A DNA stretch of 64,000 nt, from the NCBI GenBank assembly GCA_965153285.1, contig OZ229111.1; one strand, 5' to 3'. This DNA is from Podarcis tiliguerta. Taxonomy: Eukaryota. Shown here in pieces: positions 24,321 through 36,500 of this stretch (position 1 is its first letter; each line of letters opens with the position of its first letter). A program made the position numbers and the translations under genes. The notes below the pieces were generated by a model. The model saw only the letters and a list, made by a program, of their open reading frames with translations, did not search any database and was not told the DNA's origin.

Positions 24321-25139
24321 GTAAGTTAATTTTGTACTTTTCAAATAAACTCTTTTTAATGTTTGTATATTTACTTCCTGGTGCCTTTTCGTCATTTTCG
24401 CCTCTCTACACATACTTAAGAGCAAGTTCTTGGTGGTTCGCGCTGCGATTCCCATTTTTACAAAATGGGAACAGATAAATAATCTTCCCAAGATTTTCTT
24501 AGTCCCCTGCCTGCAGAATCTAAACCTAGCTCTAGTCTCCCTCGCAGTACTATACAGGCCCCTTCATCAGTTTATATTTCTTCATATATGGAGGAATAAT
24601 TTTTTAAAAATAAGATTCATTTGATTACAAGGCATTTTTTACCTTGCCCTGTAACAAAGCAGCTTGTTTGTAGGTTTAGTAAGGATAATTTTTATCATTA
24701 TCACACACTTCATTCTCTGGGTGTTATACTGTGTTTTTGATTGGTGCATAGAATCAAACCTAAATTAATATGATCTGTTACCTTTGGAAGGTTAGGATAC
24801 AGTTGGGATTCCACCTTTGGTCCAGTAAACTGGACTAGATTGAGAAAATTGGTAAAATCCCCTGGAAAGCAACCTAGAAAGGCATTAGGCAATTACACTG
24901 AAAGGCTGAGTGGTCTATAATAAACCCTTCCAGGTGAGATTTATCTGCCTTTCACAGAATGTGGGGAACTCATGGCTTATAGAACAAGTTTCATGTGACC
25001 ACGGAAAGCACTACAAGCATCTAAGTGAAGAGGCTCACTTCCCGCGCTGCAGTTGCAAGGCTGTTAAACATTTCAGAGGGCGTCAAAATGAGGCAACAGA
25101 GTTTCTTGGTCAAATTAAAAAGCATGTTAAAAGTACGGG

Positions 25140-25562
25140 TTTATTTCACAACAGTTCAATGTAGTGTCCACACACAAATCAAGTTAAATTTGATTAATTT
25201 TTCCAGCTCTGATCAGCTACAGAAATAAGAATCTACCTGAGTCTGCAAAACTACTTAACAGTAACATGACCAAAAAACCCCACACCCCTTGCAATTTCCT
25301 CATTTGAAGGAGAAAAAAAAAGTTACAGCAGCCACAGGAATCTAAAATGACATATATTATTTCATTCAAGATTTTTTTTTTTAAAAAAAGAACTCTTCTA
25401 AAATATATCTATTGAACAAACACCCAGTATGATTTTTTTTAAAAAAAATGTACAAAAAATAATCTTAGTCAGAGGTAACAGTATTTATTTTTTAAAAAAA
25501 TCTCTGCACCCAAGGCAGTAATATTTATAATTTAAAACCCATCCCAGTAGAAATCTTTTATT
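25140..25562 (-). terminator. LLGL2: Candidate LLGL2 polyadenylation signals
   Basis: Minus-strand AATAAA at 25557-62, 25484-89 and 25140-45, downstream of the stop at 25872. Confidence 0.45.
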
Positions 25563-25871
25563 TTAAAAGAAATTGTGCAAACGATTGAAGAATTGCAAAA
25601 ACATATCCAGAGGCATGAAGGGAAACAGGCCAAGGGAAGCATTCCAGCCTTAGTGCAAGGCTGGCATCTCAAAGAGAAAATGAGGGCTTCAGGTGAGGCA
25701 CAGTGAAGAGGATGATAAGCAGGTGAGTGGCCAGGCAAGACTCAGCCCTGCAACTGAATCCAAGGCCACGGTCAGTGGGTGTCTCTTCCAGTGGACGGTG
25801 GGCCTGTAGTCAGTAGTGTTATGGCACTCTTTCCAAACGTCAGACATCACGGAGACACTGCAGGAGCACAA

Positions 25872-25879
25872 TCATTCTG
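25872..25879 (-). CDS. LLGL2: LLGL2 terminal coding exon (AE*)
   Basis: ttctcttcccag|CAGAATGA. Confidence 0.85.
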
Positions 25880-28800
25880 CTGGGAAGAGAAAAGGGCAGA
25901 ATTATTTTACACAACCTGAAGAGGCTGTTGCTTTCTTGGGCATAGGTAAAGGTAAAGGGACCCCTGACCATTAGGTCCAGTCGTGACCGACTCTGGGGTT
26001 GCGGCACTCATCTCGCTTTATTGGCCGAGGGAGCCGGCGTACAGCATGTGGCCAGCATGACTAAGCTGCTTCTGGCAAACCAGAGCAGCGCACGGAAATG
26101 GCGTTTACCTTCCCGCCGGAGCAGTACCTATTTATCTACTTGCACTTTGATGTGCTTTCGAACTGCTGGTTGGCAGGAGCAGAGACCGAGCAACAGGAGC
26201 TCACCCCGTCACAGGGATTCGAACCGCAGACCTTCTGATCGGCAAGTCCTAGGCTCTGTGGTTTAACCCACAGCGCCACCTGCGTCCCTTTTGTTGTGCA
26301 CAGTCTAATGCATATTGCACTTTTGTGAAAACGCATGGGTATGTTTTTGGTGAAGAATGTGTGTGTGTGTGTGTGTGTGTCCCAGCCTGGTTGGACTCAA
26401 ATATATAATTGGACGCAAACTAATGTTTTGAAAATGCCAGTCTCACAATAGCAAGGCATTCAGCACCCTGAAGTAACACTTTTGACGGTTGCATATAATT
26501 TCTGCAATCTCCCTATCTCCTGTTATACATCATTGGTGGGAGCTGGCAGAGGAACAGTCTACATGCCGCCCAAGTTGGGGGCATCAAGTTATGCTTTTTA
26601 AGTATGGTTTATAGAGTGAACTCTGGTTTATAGAGTGAACTCTGGCCAGGTTCCCAGCTGCAGTCTACCTTTAAGGATGAAAATTGCAGAGAATGGGAGA
26701 AAAGTGAGAAGTTACTTCCTCATTTTTGTCAAGTACTTTTTTGCAGAGGTGAATTTGAATGGGAGAGACATAAAAATACTCTAGAAGGCATTGGCAGCCA
26801 TTATCTCAAGAACAAAACTGCATGAAGACAGCAGAGGAGGCCAAGCCTGGCATTGAGGTCAAATCTTTGTTAAACTATTATTTGTGGAAGCTACTGTTTC
26901 CCATATTCAGCCAAAATGAAAAACTGATCTGTTACAAACCATGAGCAGAAGCTTCAAGTTTTCTGTTCATGGTTTGTAAGACACCAGTTTTGGCATAAGG
27001 AAGCTACATAAAGATGTATTTTTATAACAAATCATACTGTTTTCTCTAAATACAGCTATAGCATATATACCCACATACCTCCTCCATTGCTTAGTCTGTG
27101 TCCTATTTGAATTCTCCTTGAGTTTTTGTCACTATAACTCCTGCAAAGACAAAATCGCCATATGGAAACTGTGACAGACAACTTGTACCATTCTGGTTCT
27201 CAACACCAAAATCTCCATATGCCTGTAGATAGAGGCGCCTTCTCTCCCACTTCCACCCCCCCCATCAAATCCTAAAAGTAAGTCATATGTGGCAACCTGT
27301 ATTCTACTGGTTCTCCTTTTGCAAAAGAAGAATTGCCTCCCTAGTGCCAGGGAGTAAATCCATGGGACCCAATTCACCCACCCCCCTCTTCGACACCAGC
27401 TGACTTAATGTTGTTTTTTAGATCTGTATCTCCTTCCTGGTCGACAAGTCCTAAAAATGAAAGACGTCTGCCCTGAGCTATTCACAAGATTGGGATAGTG
27501 GGTATCTTAACTCAAGTTGGGTGTAAAGATCTTAATTAGAAAGCAAAACAACAACAACTCTCATATCAGAATGTACAGAGAAATACAAAATCTGTTCAGT
27601 GTTGGCAGCAGACTTAATAGATGATTAAATATTTGAGAATGCGAAGGAAGCCATTGAGGAACACAGCACCAGGTTTCAGGGTTGCTAAATAGATGTTCTC
27701 CGATGTTCACTATGTCACTTCCCTTCTATCACAAGGACAGAACAGTTTAACTCCCCAAGTTCTAAGAGAAACCATGGACACTCACCCTTTTCCACCCTCC
27801 AGAGTGCTTTGGATCTCTTTTAGAACTTCTGAAAAGGGAGGGAAAAAACATTCATGCGAAAGAAGTGCATATATTCTTCAATCTCTAGTATTCAAGAAGC
27901 AGTTTTACTTCCACTGTTGGAACAGTTGTTTTTTTAAGCCCCATCTTCCAAAGATTCTGCTGACAGGACTTTTAAAAGATAAATGTTTTAATTATTGATT
28001 TCCTTCTCTCTTGCTGGAATTTTCATGCAGAATTCATTTTATTTTAGCTTATTGTGGTTTATATTTTAATGCTTTCATTGCTATTAAGCTGTCCAGATAA
28101 CTTTGCTACTGAGCAACAGATAAGTACCATTAATAAATAAACGAACTTTAACCATTCCTACAGAGCTGACATGAAATTCACATTTTATCCTTAAGGAAGG
28201 ATGACATCTAGATGATGTTGTGTTCAACTTACTGTCTAATATAACAGATCTATGTCCAGAATGTATTTGATTAAAAGTTGGGCAATAACTTTGTTTAGAT
28301 TCAGAGTAACTGAATACAATCCTGTTGTGCTAAACAATTGCCAGTGTCTTACAACCAATGTGCCAAGGAGGAGACCAAACATAGACATACAGATATTATT
28401 TTAGCTTGCTCAGTTGCACTTCAGAAAGAATACTATGCGGCATAAAAGCTTGCAGCTAGCATTCAACAGAGAAAAGGGTGTGCGTACTTTGTGTTTCTCA
28501 AGGTTGCTTAGGTCTCAAGTTTAGGTATTTTTTCCCTTTAAATCCATAATTTCGCCAAACAAAGTCTTTAAAGTTGGATGCCAGCATTTGTAGTGCCATG
28601 TCAAAAAGGAAACATGTGCATAGTGGCAGATGTGCACAAAATGGTCCACCCCAGCTGAAGCCAACATGCGTAGGATGTTTCTTTTGGCAACCATGTACAC
28701 AAATAATAGCATTTCTGGTATCTCTATTTGGGGCAATTTCTCCACAGACCCTACACTCATGGCTGAATTAAACACTGAAACACTGGCTGCTTCCACACCA

Positions 28801-31800
28801 GATATTTACTGTGGAACAACCACATTTTGTTCAGTCACTTTTTACAGGGCATTGGCATGATACTGTGATTGAAAGACCCCCTCTCACATTTTCCCCATTA
28901 GGCTTTTACTTTCCTTCCCCTCAAATTCAACCTACTTATAGTCAATATAGCTGCTATTAAGCTACTATTCTGGTCATTATCTCCCTCCCCCCACCCCAAA
29001 TTGCAGCAGAGGTGCAGTGAGGGGAGGGGGCTATTTAACTCGTCCCATACATACAAAGATCCCAATGAAAATTGCTTCTCTCCAACAATTGAGGAAAGAG
29101 GGACTGACCACTTGGCTACAGAGTGTGTTTAGAAATCTGCTATCCCACTTCCGCCTTAAAGCAGAACAGCAATGATTGGGAACTTCCAGCTCTGGAAGCA
29201 CCCAACAACAACATATGTCAGTACAGTGGTACCTCGGGTTACATATGCTTCAGGTTACAGACTCCGCTAACCCAGAAATATTACCTCAGGTTAAGAACTT
29301 TGCTTCAGGATGAGAACAGAAATCATGCTCCGGCGGCACGGCGGCAGCGGGAGGCCCCATTAGCTAAAGTAGTGCTTCAGGTTAAGAACTGTTTCAGGTT
29401 AAGAACGGACCTCCAGAACGAGTTAAGTACTTAACCCGAGGTACTACTGTATAGCAAGTTTACTCACTATTAAATGTACCAGTTTTAAAATGGCAAAATG
29501 CTTCTGAAGGCTTTGTGTTTACCCTCACGAAAATTCATGTGAGATAGGTCACAATTTATCCCCATTTTACAGATGTGGACATGATGTTGGGATATCCATT
29601 GCCCAATGTGTAGATCAGGTCCTCCTAGTGCAATAGCCACAGAACTCTGAATGTCTGCTGGATACTGATGTGCTAAGCACCAAAGAGCAATTATGAGATG
29701 CCATTGGGCAGCTGTACACAAATATAGACATGTTCAGGTATGTTACTGGTCAACTGACTGCCTAACAGAGGCAAACTCATGAAGACAACATCCCTAAGAG
29801 AAATCTACCTAATGTTGTATGGCTGCTGGTATTAAGGAGGGGAGCAGACTCAATAACCAGAAGCAAGTGAATAAAGTGGCTCAAGCCAATTCCCACAGAA
29901 TGCCCATCCCTCCACCCCTATAGCACGAAAGAAACCATGTCTTTCTCACTCTCATCATTGAGCAGGGCATGCTCCATCAATCTGCCATGCGTCCTCTCTG
30001 AAAGGCAAATCAGACAAATGTTAAGGCGGTCAATTCCCACGATACAAAGAAACTCACAAAGCGCCCCCAAATTAGATCTATTGGGTTGTATTCAATGTAA
30101 GTTCTACTCAGAGTAGAGCCATTATAATAAATACAGTGGTGCCCCGCAAGACGAATGCCTCGCAAGACGGAAAACCCGTTAGACGAAAGGGTTTTCCGTT
30201 TTGGAGGTGCTTCGCAAAACGAATTTGCTATGGGCTTTTTCCCACTCCTCACCCCCTTTTTCTAAGGCACTAAGCTGCTAATCCCTTATGCCTTTAATAG
30301 CCGCTAATAGCCGCTAAACCGCTAATAGCGCTAATTCGCTAATGGGCTTGCTTCGCAAGACGAAAAAACCGCTAGACGAAGAGACTCATGGAATGGATTC
30401 TTTTCGTCTTGCGAGGCACCACTGTAGACATGACTAACTGAGGGCCATTCATTTCAGTGGTTCTACTCTGGGTAAAACAGTTGAAGACAACCCATTATGC
30501 TTGGCATATCCACCCTTTGAAGTTCTTTAAAAGGGCAAGTTAACCCGATTATGACAGTCTATTACTCCTCTGAGTGATGAAGATGATGATCTGGTCTTTT
30601 CTTTAAGAGCCTATTTTAGAATTTGAAGCCAACATACAAGCAGCTGTACCAAATATACTTCCACCAACCTATGCTCCTGCGGCACAGAATGCCTTCTCCC
30701 ATTTTTTAAAGTTCCCTACCTTGAAAAGGAAACAAGCAGACTGGGCCTCCAGAAGACTGGGTCTCCAATTGAAGATCTTAACTTTGTAGGTTGACATGGG
30801 ACATAAGTACCCCAAGTCCTAGGCTGAGGGCTTTACAAGTCACAACCAGCACTTTGTATTGTGTCCAGAAACAAACTGGTACTCCATGAAGCTCTTAAGA
30901 CATTATCCCTCCTATTGAAACAAGCCAACAGCCTTTGAGCTAGATCCTAAGCCAATCTGAGTTTCTGACCTGCCTTCATGGGCCGTTTCCTGTACTGCAC
31001 TACTGGAGTAATCCAAACTGGATGTTATGTTACATTACTAAGCAGGCAGCACTGGACCAGCAATTTCTCTCCGTACATTCACATTTTTCTTACCATCTGC
31101 CCCCGGATCACTGGCACTCCATCCCGATTCCTTGCTACTGCAGAAGATAGAAAGAAGAGTCAATTAGACAAGATCATAAACCAATTCCAACCCCCTAGAC
31201 ATTGCACGTCAGATGCAATTATCACAGGCACACAGAAAGTGATGCACCCTTGGTTTACACTGCGCTACTTTGACAGGTACATGCTGCCTCTTAAAAAACC
31301 TTCAGCTTTTAAGTCAGTTCAAAATTTGTGTGGGAGTTCACATGACTACTCATCCTTATAAAATTCCCCAGCATATTGAAAACTAATGTATCAAGAAGAA
31401 GAGTAAGCAAAAGAACAAGAACCCTTCTCTATGTTTTGATTTTTTCTTTAAGACTACTTTTGTTATGTTTGTAAATTTTGTACATGTTGTATTCTGCCTT
31501 CAGCATGGCTTTAGCTTTGGAAACGTGTCATACAAATAAAACGACTGATTGATTTTCTACATCTAGGGATAGACCGATAGGGAGATATATATTCCCCCAT
31601 GTGAACCCCCATCAGCGGTCTAGGCAGAGGCGTATCCGCTTATGGCAACTAGGAGATGGTTAGGTGGTTAGCTAGAATTGACGTGTACCAGTTCTGACAT
31701 ATTTTGCTGCTACCCTTTAACCATCCCACCTAGTGCACACACAAAATGATTACACAGCCTGGGGACTGTATGTTGTACCCAGCTCAGAAGGCTTTGTTTT

Positions 31801-33530
31801 GTGGAGAGTCATTCCACAGGTGGTAGAATCTCAGCACCAGAACATATGGCAATATGCAACTTCAGCATTTTTAAAACCACTTCTTTTTTCAATAAGAACA
31901 ATGAATAGTAGGTGGCAGATAAGCAAAGCCTTGTCAGTACATTGGAATGGCATTAGGGCAGGCATAGGCAAACTCATTTAAAACAGGCACCCCGAAGCCC
32001 GGCCCTCCAGATGTTTTGGGACTACAATTCCCATCATTCCTGACCACTGGTCCTGTTAGCTAGGGATGATGGGAGTTGTAGTCCCAAAATATCTGGAGGG
32101 CTGAGTTTGCCTATGCCTGCATTGGGGATGAGCAGAGGCATTGTCAGACCATGTGGGTGCATATGGTGGCAGGACAGCAACCCTAACCCCTTTCCAGAGT
32201 GACCATGGGCCTCCTTTGTTGCAGTTCCCATGGCTACGCATGTCACACACAAAACCAGCAATACAAAGTAGAATGTTGCACCCTTTCTATCATCCACACA
32301 ATACAAATGCCACAATCATTCATACTTGGATATCCTTGATGCCTTCTCCACACCAGGTGTGCTGTGCACATGGCTGTTGCCTGTGTTTTCAGGTACTTTT
32401 ACTAAGCATCGTGGTTCAACCAGCCACTTTGGGGAAAGTGAAAACCTCTCAAACTCTGATGGGGAGATGAGATAGAACCCTGCAGAGGAGAAAGATGGAG
32501 AAATGGCAAGTTGTGCATGCAGAGATGCAGAAAGCGTCCCACAAGAGTTTCCCAAAATACATTTTTACAAATCTTACTCACTCAGAAGACTAAGCTTAAG
32601 GCTGCAAACCCACATACACTTATTTTGAAGCAAAGGCAATGGGGGGGGGGCAGACCTGGAATTAACTTCAGAGTAAACATACAAAGGCTCAGCTGCATGA
32701 GCACTTTCCAAAGTCATGCTTGGTGCTTGTGACAGATTTTTTTAAAGAGATCCCATGTTACTATTTAATATTTCTCAGCTAGATCTCTGGGACTCCTATG
32801 CATGGAAAGATCCAAATACTGTATGTTTGTCTGATTCTCATGCAATGTTCTCTCAAGCGCACTCTTTTCAGACCCCTGTGTAAACCATTTTTTAACTTAA
32901 TATGCTCTAGGTTAGATTACTGCAATGCATTATACATAGGGCTGCCTCTGAAGATGGTTCAGAAATTTCAGCTGGGGATCAGGTTGCTCACTGGGGCAAG
33001 ATGGTTTGAGCATATAACACTAATCTTGGCCTGACTGCAGTGGCTGCCAATTAGTTTCCAGGCCCAATTCAAAGTGCTGGATTTGACCTACAAAGCCTTA
33101 AACAGCTCAGGACTGCAGTACTTCAAGGACCGCCTCTTTGTATATGAACCGAACCAGACCCTGCGTTCATAATCTCAGGCCTTTCTGCATGTGCTTCCTC
33201 AATGTGAGGTCTAGAGGGTGGCAACATGGGAATGGGCCTTTTCTGCAATGGCTCCCTGTTTGTGGAATTCTCTCCCCTCGGGAGGCTCTCCTGGCATCTT
33301 CATTACATATCTTCAGGCACCAAGCAAAAATGTTTCTCTTCAACCAGACATTCAGCTGATTAACATTCTAAAATGTATTTGTGAGAGGGGGGGTTACTGG
33401 CTTGTTTAGGTTTTATTATGTATTTTGTATTTTTATGTTGTGAACGATCCTGGGATCTTCGGATGAAGGGTGGTATAAAATTTTAATGATTATTATTAAT
33501 AAAATAGTAGTAGTAGTACTAGTAGTAGTA

Positions 33531-33580
<50 letters not shown>

Positions 33581-36500
33581 TTATTTATACCCCGCCCATC
33601 TGGCTGGGCTTCCCCAGCCACTCTGGGTGGCTTCCAACAAAATATTAAAATACAGTAATCCATCAAACATTAAAGCTTCCCTAAACAGGGCTGCCTTCAG
33701 ATGTCTTCTAAAAGTCTGGTAGTTGTTGTTCTCTTTGACATCTGCTGGGAGGGCGTTCCACAGGGCGGGTGCCACTACCAAGAAGGCCCTCTGCCTGGTT
33801 CCCTCTAACTTGGCTTCTCGCAGGGAGGGAACCTCCAGAAGGCCCTCGGTGCTGGACCTCAGTGTCTGGGTAGAACGATGGGGGTGGAGACGCTCCTTCA
33901 GATATACTGGACCAAGGCCGTTTAGGGCTTTAAAGATCAGCACTAACACTTTGAATTGTGCTCGGAAACGTACTGGGAGCCAATGTAGGTCTTTCAAGAC
34001 CGGTGCTATGTGGTCTCGGCGGCTGCTCCCAGTCACCAGTTTAGCTGCCACATTCTGGAATAATTGTAGTTTCCGGGTCACCTTCAAAGCAGATACTACT
34101 ATCCCAACTAATATTTTTCTTTCTTGCTTTCACAGTATTGTGGATAGAGGGACAAAATAACTCCCCCTTCTCTCCCCCACCCCACATTTATCTATTTTGT
34201 ACAAGAGGCAGAAAGGCTTCCAAGACCTAACACAATGGAGCTTGGTAACCTGTGGATGACCATGTTGTTACCTTGCCCATATCTGGTGAAGACACAGGAG
34301 GCAATGCCACTCACATCCTCCTTGCGGATACAGGGGTAGCGCACTTGTATCTTGAGTGCAGGCAGGGAAATGATCTGGATGTCTCCCAGGTTCGTCAGAA
34401 CAGCCAGGTCATGCTCACTGTGCTCACTCTTACAGCTGGCAAAGTTGGTCACTGTCACCTTCCGAACCCGGCAGCCTTCCAGGGCCGTCAATTTAAGTTT
34501 CAGTTTGGAGCTGACTTTGGGCAACGTGAAAACCTGCCAACGTAAACAAGCTGCGTATTAAATCCTTCATTCATGCAAGAGCCATCCAATCTCCGGTCAA
34601 TGCGTAATGAGTTTCCTGCTGGTGTGTGGCAGCAAAGCAGCATGCTTTAAGTCTAGCTGCCAAAAAGGAGCTGTGTAGTCTCTCTATCCCGCTTTCAGCA
34701 GCAAAAAAGCCTGGATTTCTGACAGCGGCAAGGGAAGCTAAACTTTGCTGCCGCTCACTGCTGTACATAAGGGATTTGCAAGCATCTCTCACATGGCTAG
34801 GTCGTATCAAGTCTGATTATCAGGGCTGGCAAATATCAATCCTCAGATACATAAAAATAAGCAGAGCGCCGGTTTGCAGTCAAAATCCCTGATTCCTAAC
34901 CCAACTCTGCCACTTTCTAGAGAAGCATCTATGGGCAGAATATCAAATCCAGGAGTAGGGAAAGTGTATCATAACTCTATGATCTGCTCAGGTGGCAGGG
35001 AAGGTTGGAATCTTTGCAAACTTCCATGCATACAGTATGCTTTTCCACCTCCCGAAATCTGAACATGCCCTTCAGCAAAGGTGACAACCAAGTATCACCT
35101 CAAAACAAGCAAATTCCAGGAAGGATCTGCAAGAGGAAATGAATTCCCATACTATAATTTCTCTGGCTGCTCTATTCCAATAGGCAAAGAGCATGCATAT
35201 ACACAAGAATGCTATTGTGTTACCTTAAGCTGTTCTTCCGACACCACAAGAAGCTGGTGGCTCCCTTGCATGTTGGGACTCTTGGAAAGGTCATGGGCCA
35301 CTTCCAGCGGTTCTGGAAGGGGAGTGCTCTGGCCATCCAGAACAACGATCCCGATAACAGGAGCTCTGTGCATGAGCTGGATCTCTTTGGCTGGAGAGAC
35401 AGCAGAAAGCACACGCCAAATGAGGCAGGAGGTTTGGTTCAGAGAGAAGCAAACTGTTCTGACAAGGCACACTTTCTTCTCGCAGAACCCAGCTACCATG
35501 CTGGACATACAAAGGGCAGCAGAGAGGAAATATTGGACTGAACCCAGTGTTGCACGTCAGCACTGGACCCAATCCATTGTGGTTAGAGATTCGGATTAGG
35601 AGTGGGGAGACCCAGGTTTAAACTCCTACTCCGCCATGAAGCTCATCAGCTGACTTGAGGCCTGTCACTATCCCTCAGCTTAACCTACCACACAGGGTGG
35701 TTGTGGCAAAAAGGAACTACATATGGTACTCAAAGCTCCTTGGAAGAAGGGTTGGATACAAATACAATACAGTGGTACCTCGGGTTACAGACGCTTCAGG
35801 TTACAGACTCCACTAACCCAGAAATAGTACCTCAGGTTAAGAACTTTGCTTCAGGATGAGAAAAGAAATTGCGCAGTGGTGGCAGCGGGAGGCCCCATTA
35901 GCTAAAGTGGTGCTTCAGGTTAAGAACAGTTTCAGGTTAAGAATGGACCTCCAGAACGAATTAAATTCTTAACCAGCGGTACCACTGTACACACATAAGC
36001 ATTAAAAAGTGATTGAGTTTAGAGGAGAACTGAAGTATTTAAGCTGTGATGCCGCATAGAAACGGCATAATTATTTCTTTGGGTGCAGTCAAAAAGCCAC
36101 TTTTTACACTGTACAAAGGCAAGTATAGGTATTGAGGGGACGGGACAAAATGAAGGTCAGGGTCTAGTGGTAGATCTCTAGATGATTAGCGATGATAAAC
36201 AAGAGTTCCTGGCTCCCAGTTGCTTCACCACAAAGACAAAACAACTATTTCTGGCTAAATAAGACTGTGAAATGCAGAAAACCAAACCAGGAGACATTTT
36301 TTGTGACACCACTGAGCGCTCAGTTCAGTTCCAGCACTAAAAACAAGTTCCTAGGCTGAGAATGTGCTCAAAGATGCCCTATTATGTTTTGTGTTTTAAT
36401 CCTTCATATCTTTTACACTTTGCTCTGCTTGGTGGGTTTCTGTAAAAGACAAAGCAGCTCTGGACTTTGCCTACTTCTGTATTGGAGGTCGAACTGTGAT

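Noticed and set aside
26605-26645. 19-bp tandem duplication tggtttatagagtgaactc
   Set aside because: Two copies only, an ordinary intronic slippage event; not an array.
27189-27222. Possible 34-nt LLGL2 exon (ctacag...gtacaa)
   Set aside because: It would leave a 48-nt intron and cause an immediate stop in the next exon.
30260-30345. Short GCTAA-based repeats resembling an array (also 44326-44420)
   Set aside because: Internal repeats of a MITE family; no constant repeat/unique spacer structure, and CRISPR is not expected in vertebrate DNA.
30566-30600. Possible extra LLGL2 exon ([12 protein letters not shown])
   Set aside because: 35 nt would shift the frame between two phase-1 junctions, and the splice sites are weak.
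33486-33722. Poly-Ile/Val ORFs (also 1092-1274 and 37947-38240)
   Set aside because: Translations of microsatellites.
33581-34160. 168-aa and 145-aa ORFs as host genes
   Set aside because: These are the L2 ORF2 C-terminal remnant and its antisense frame.
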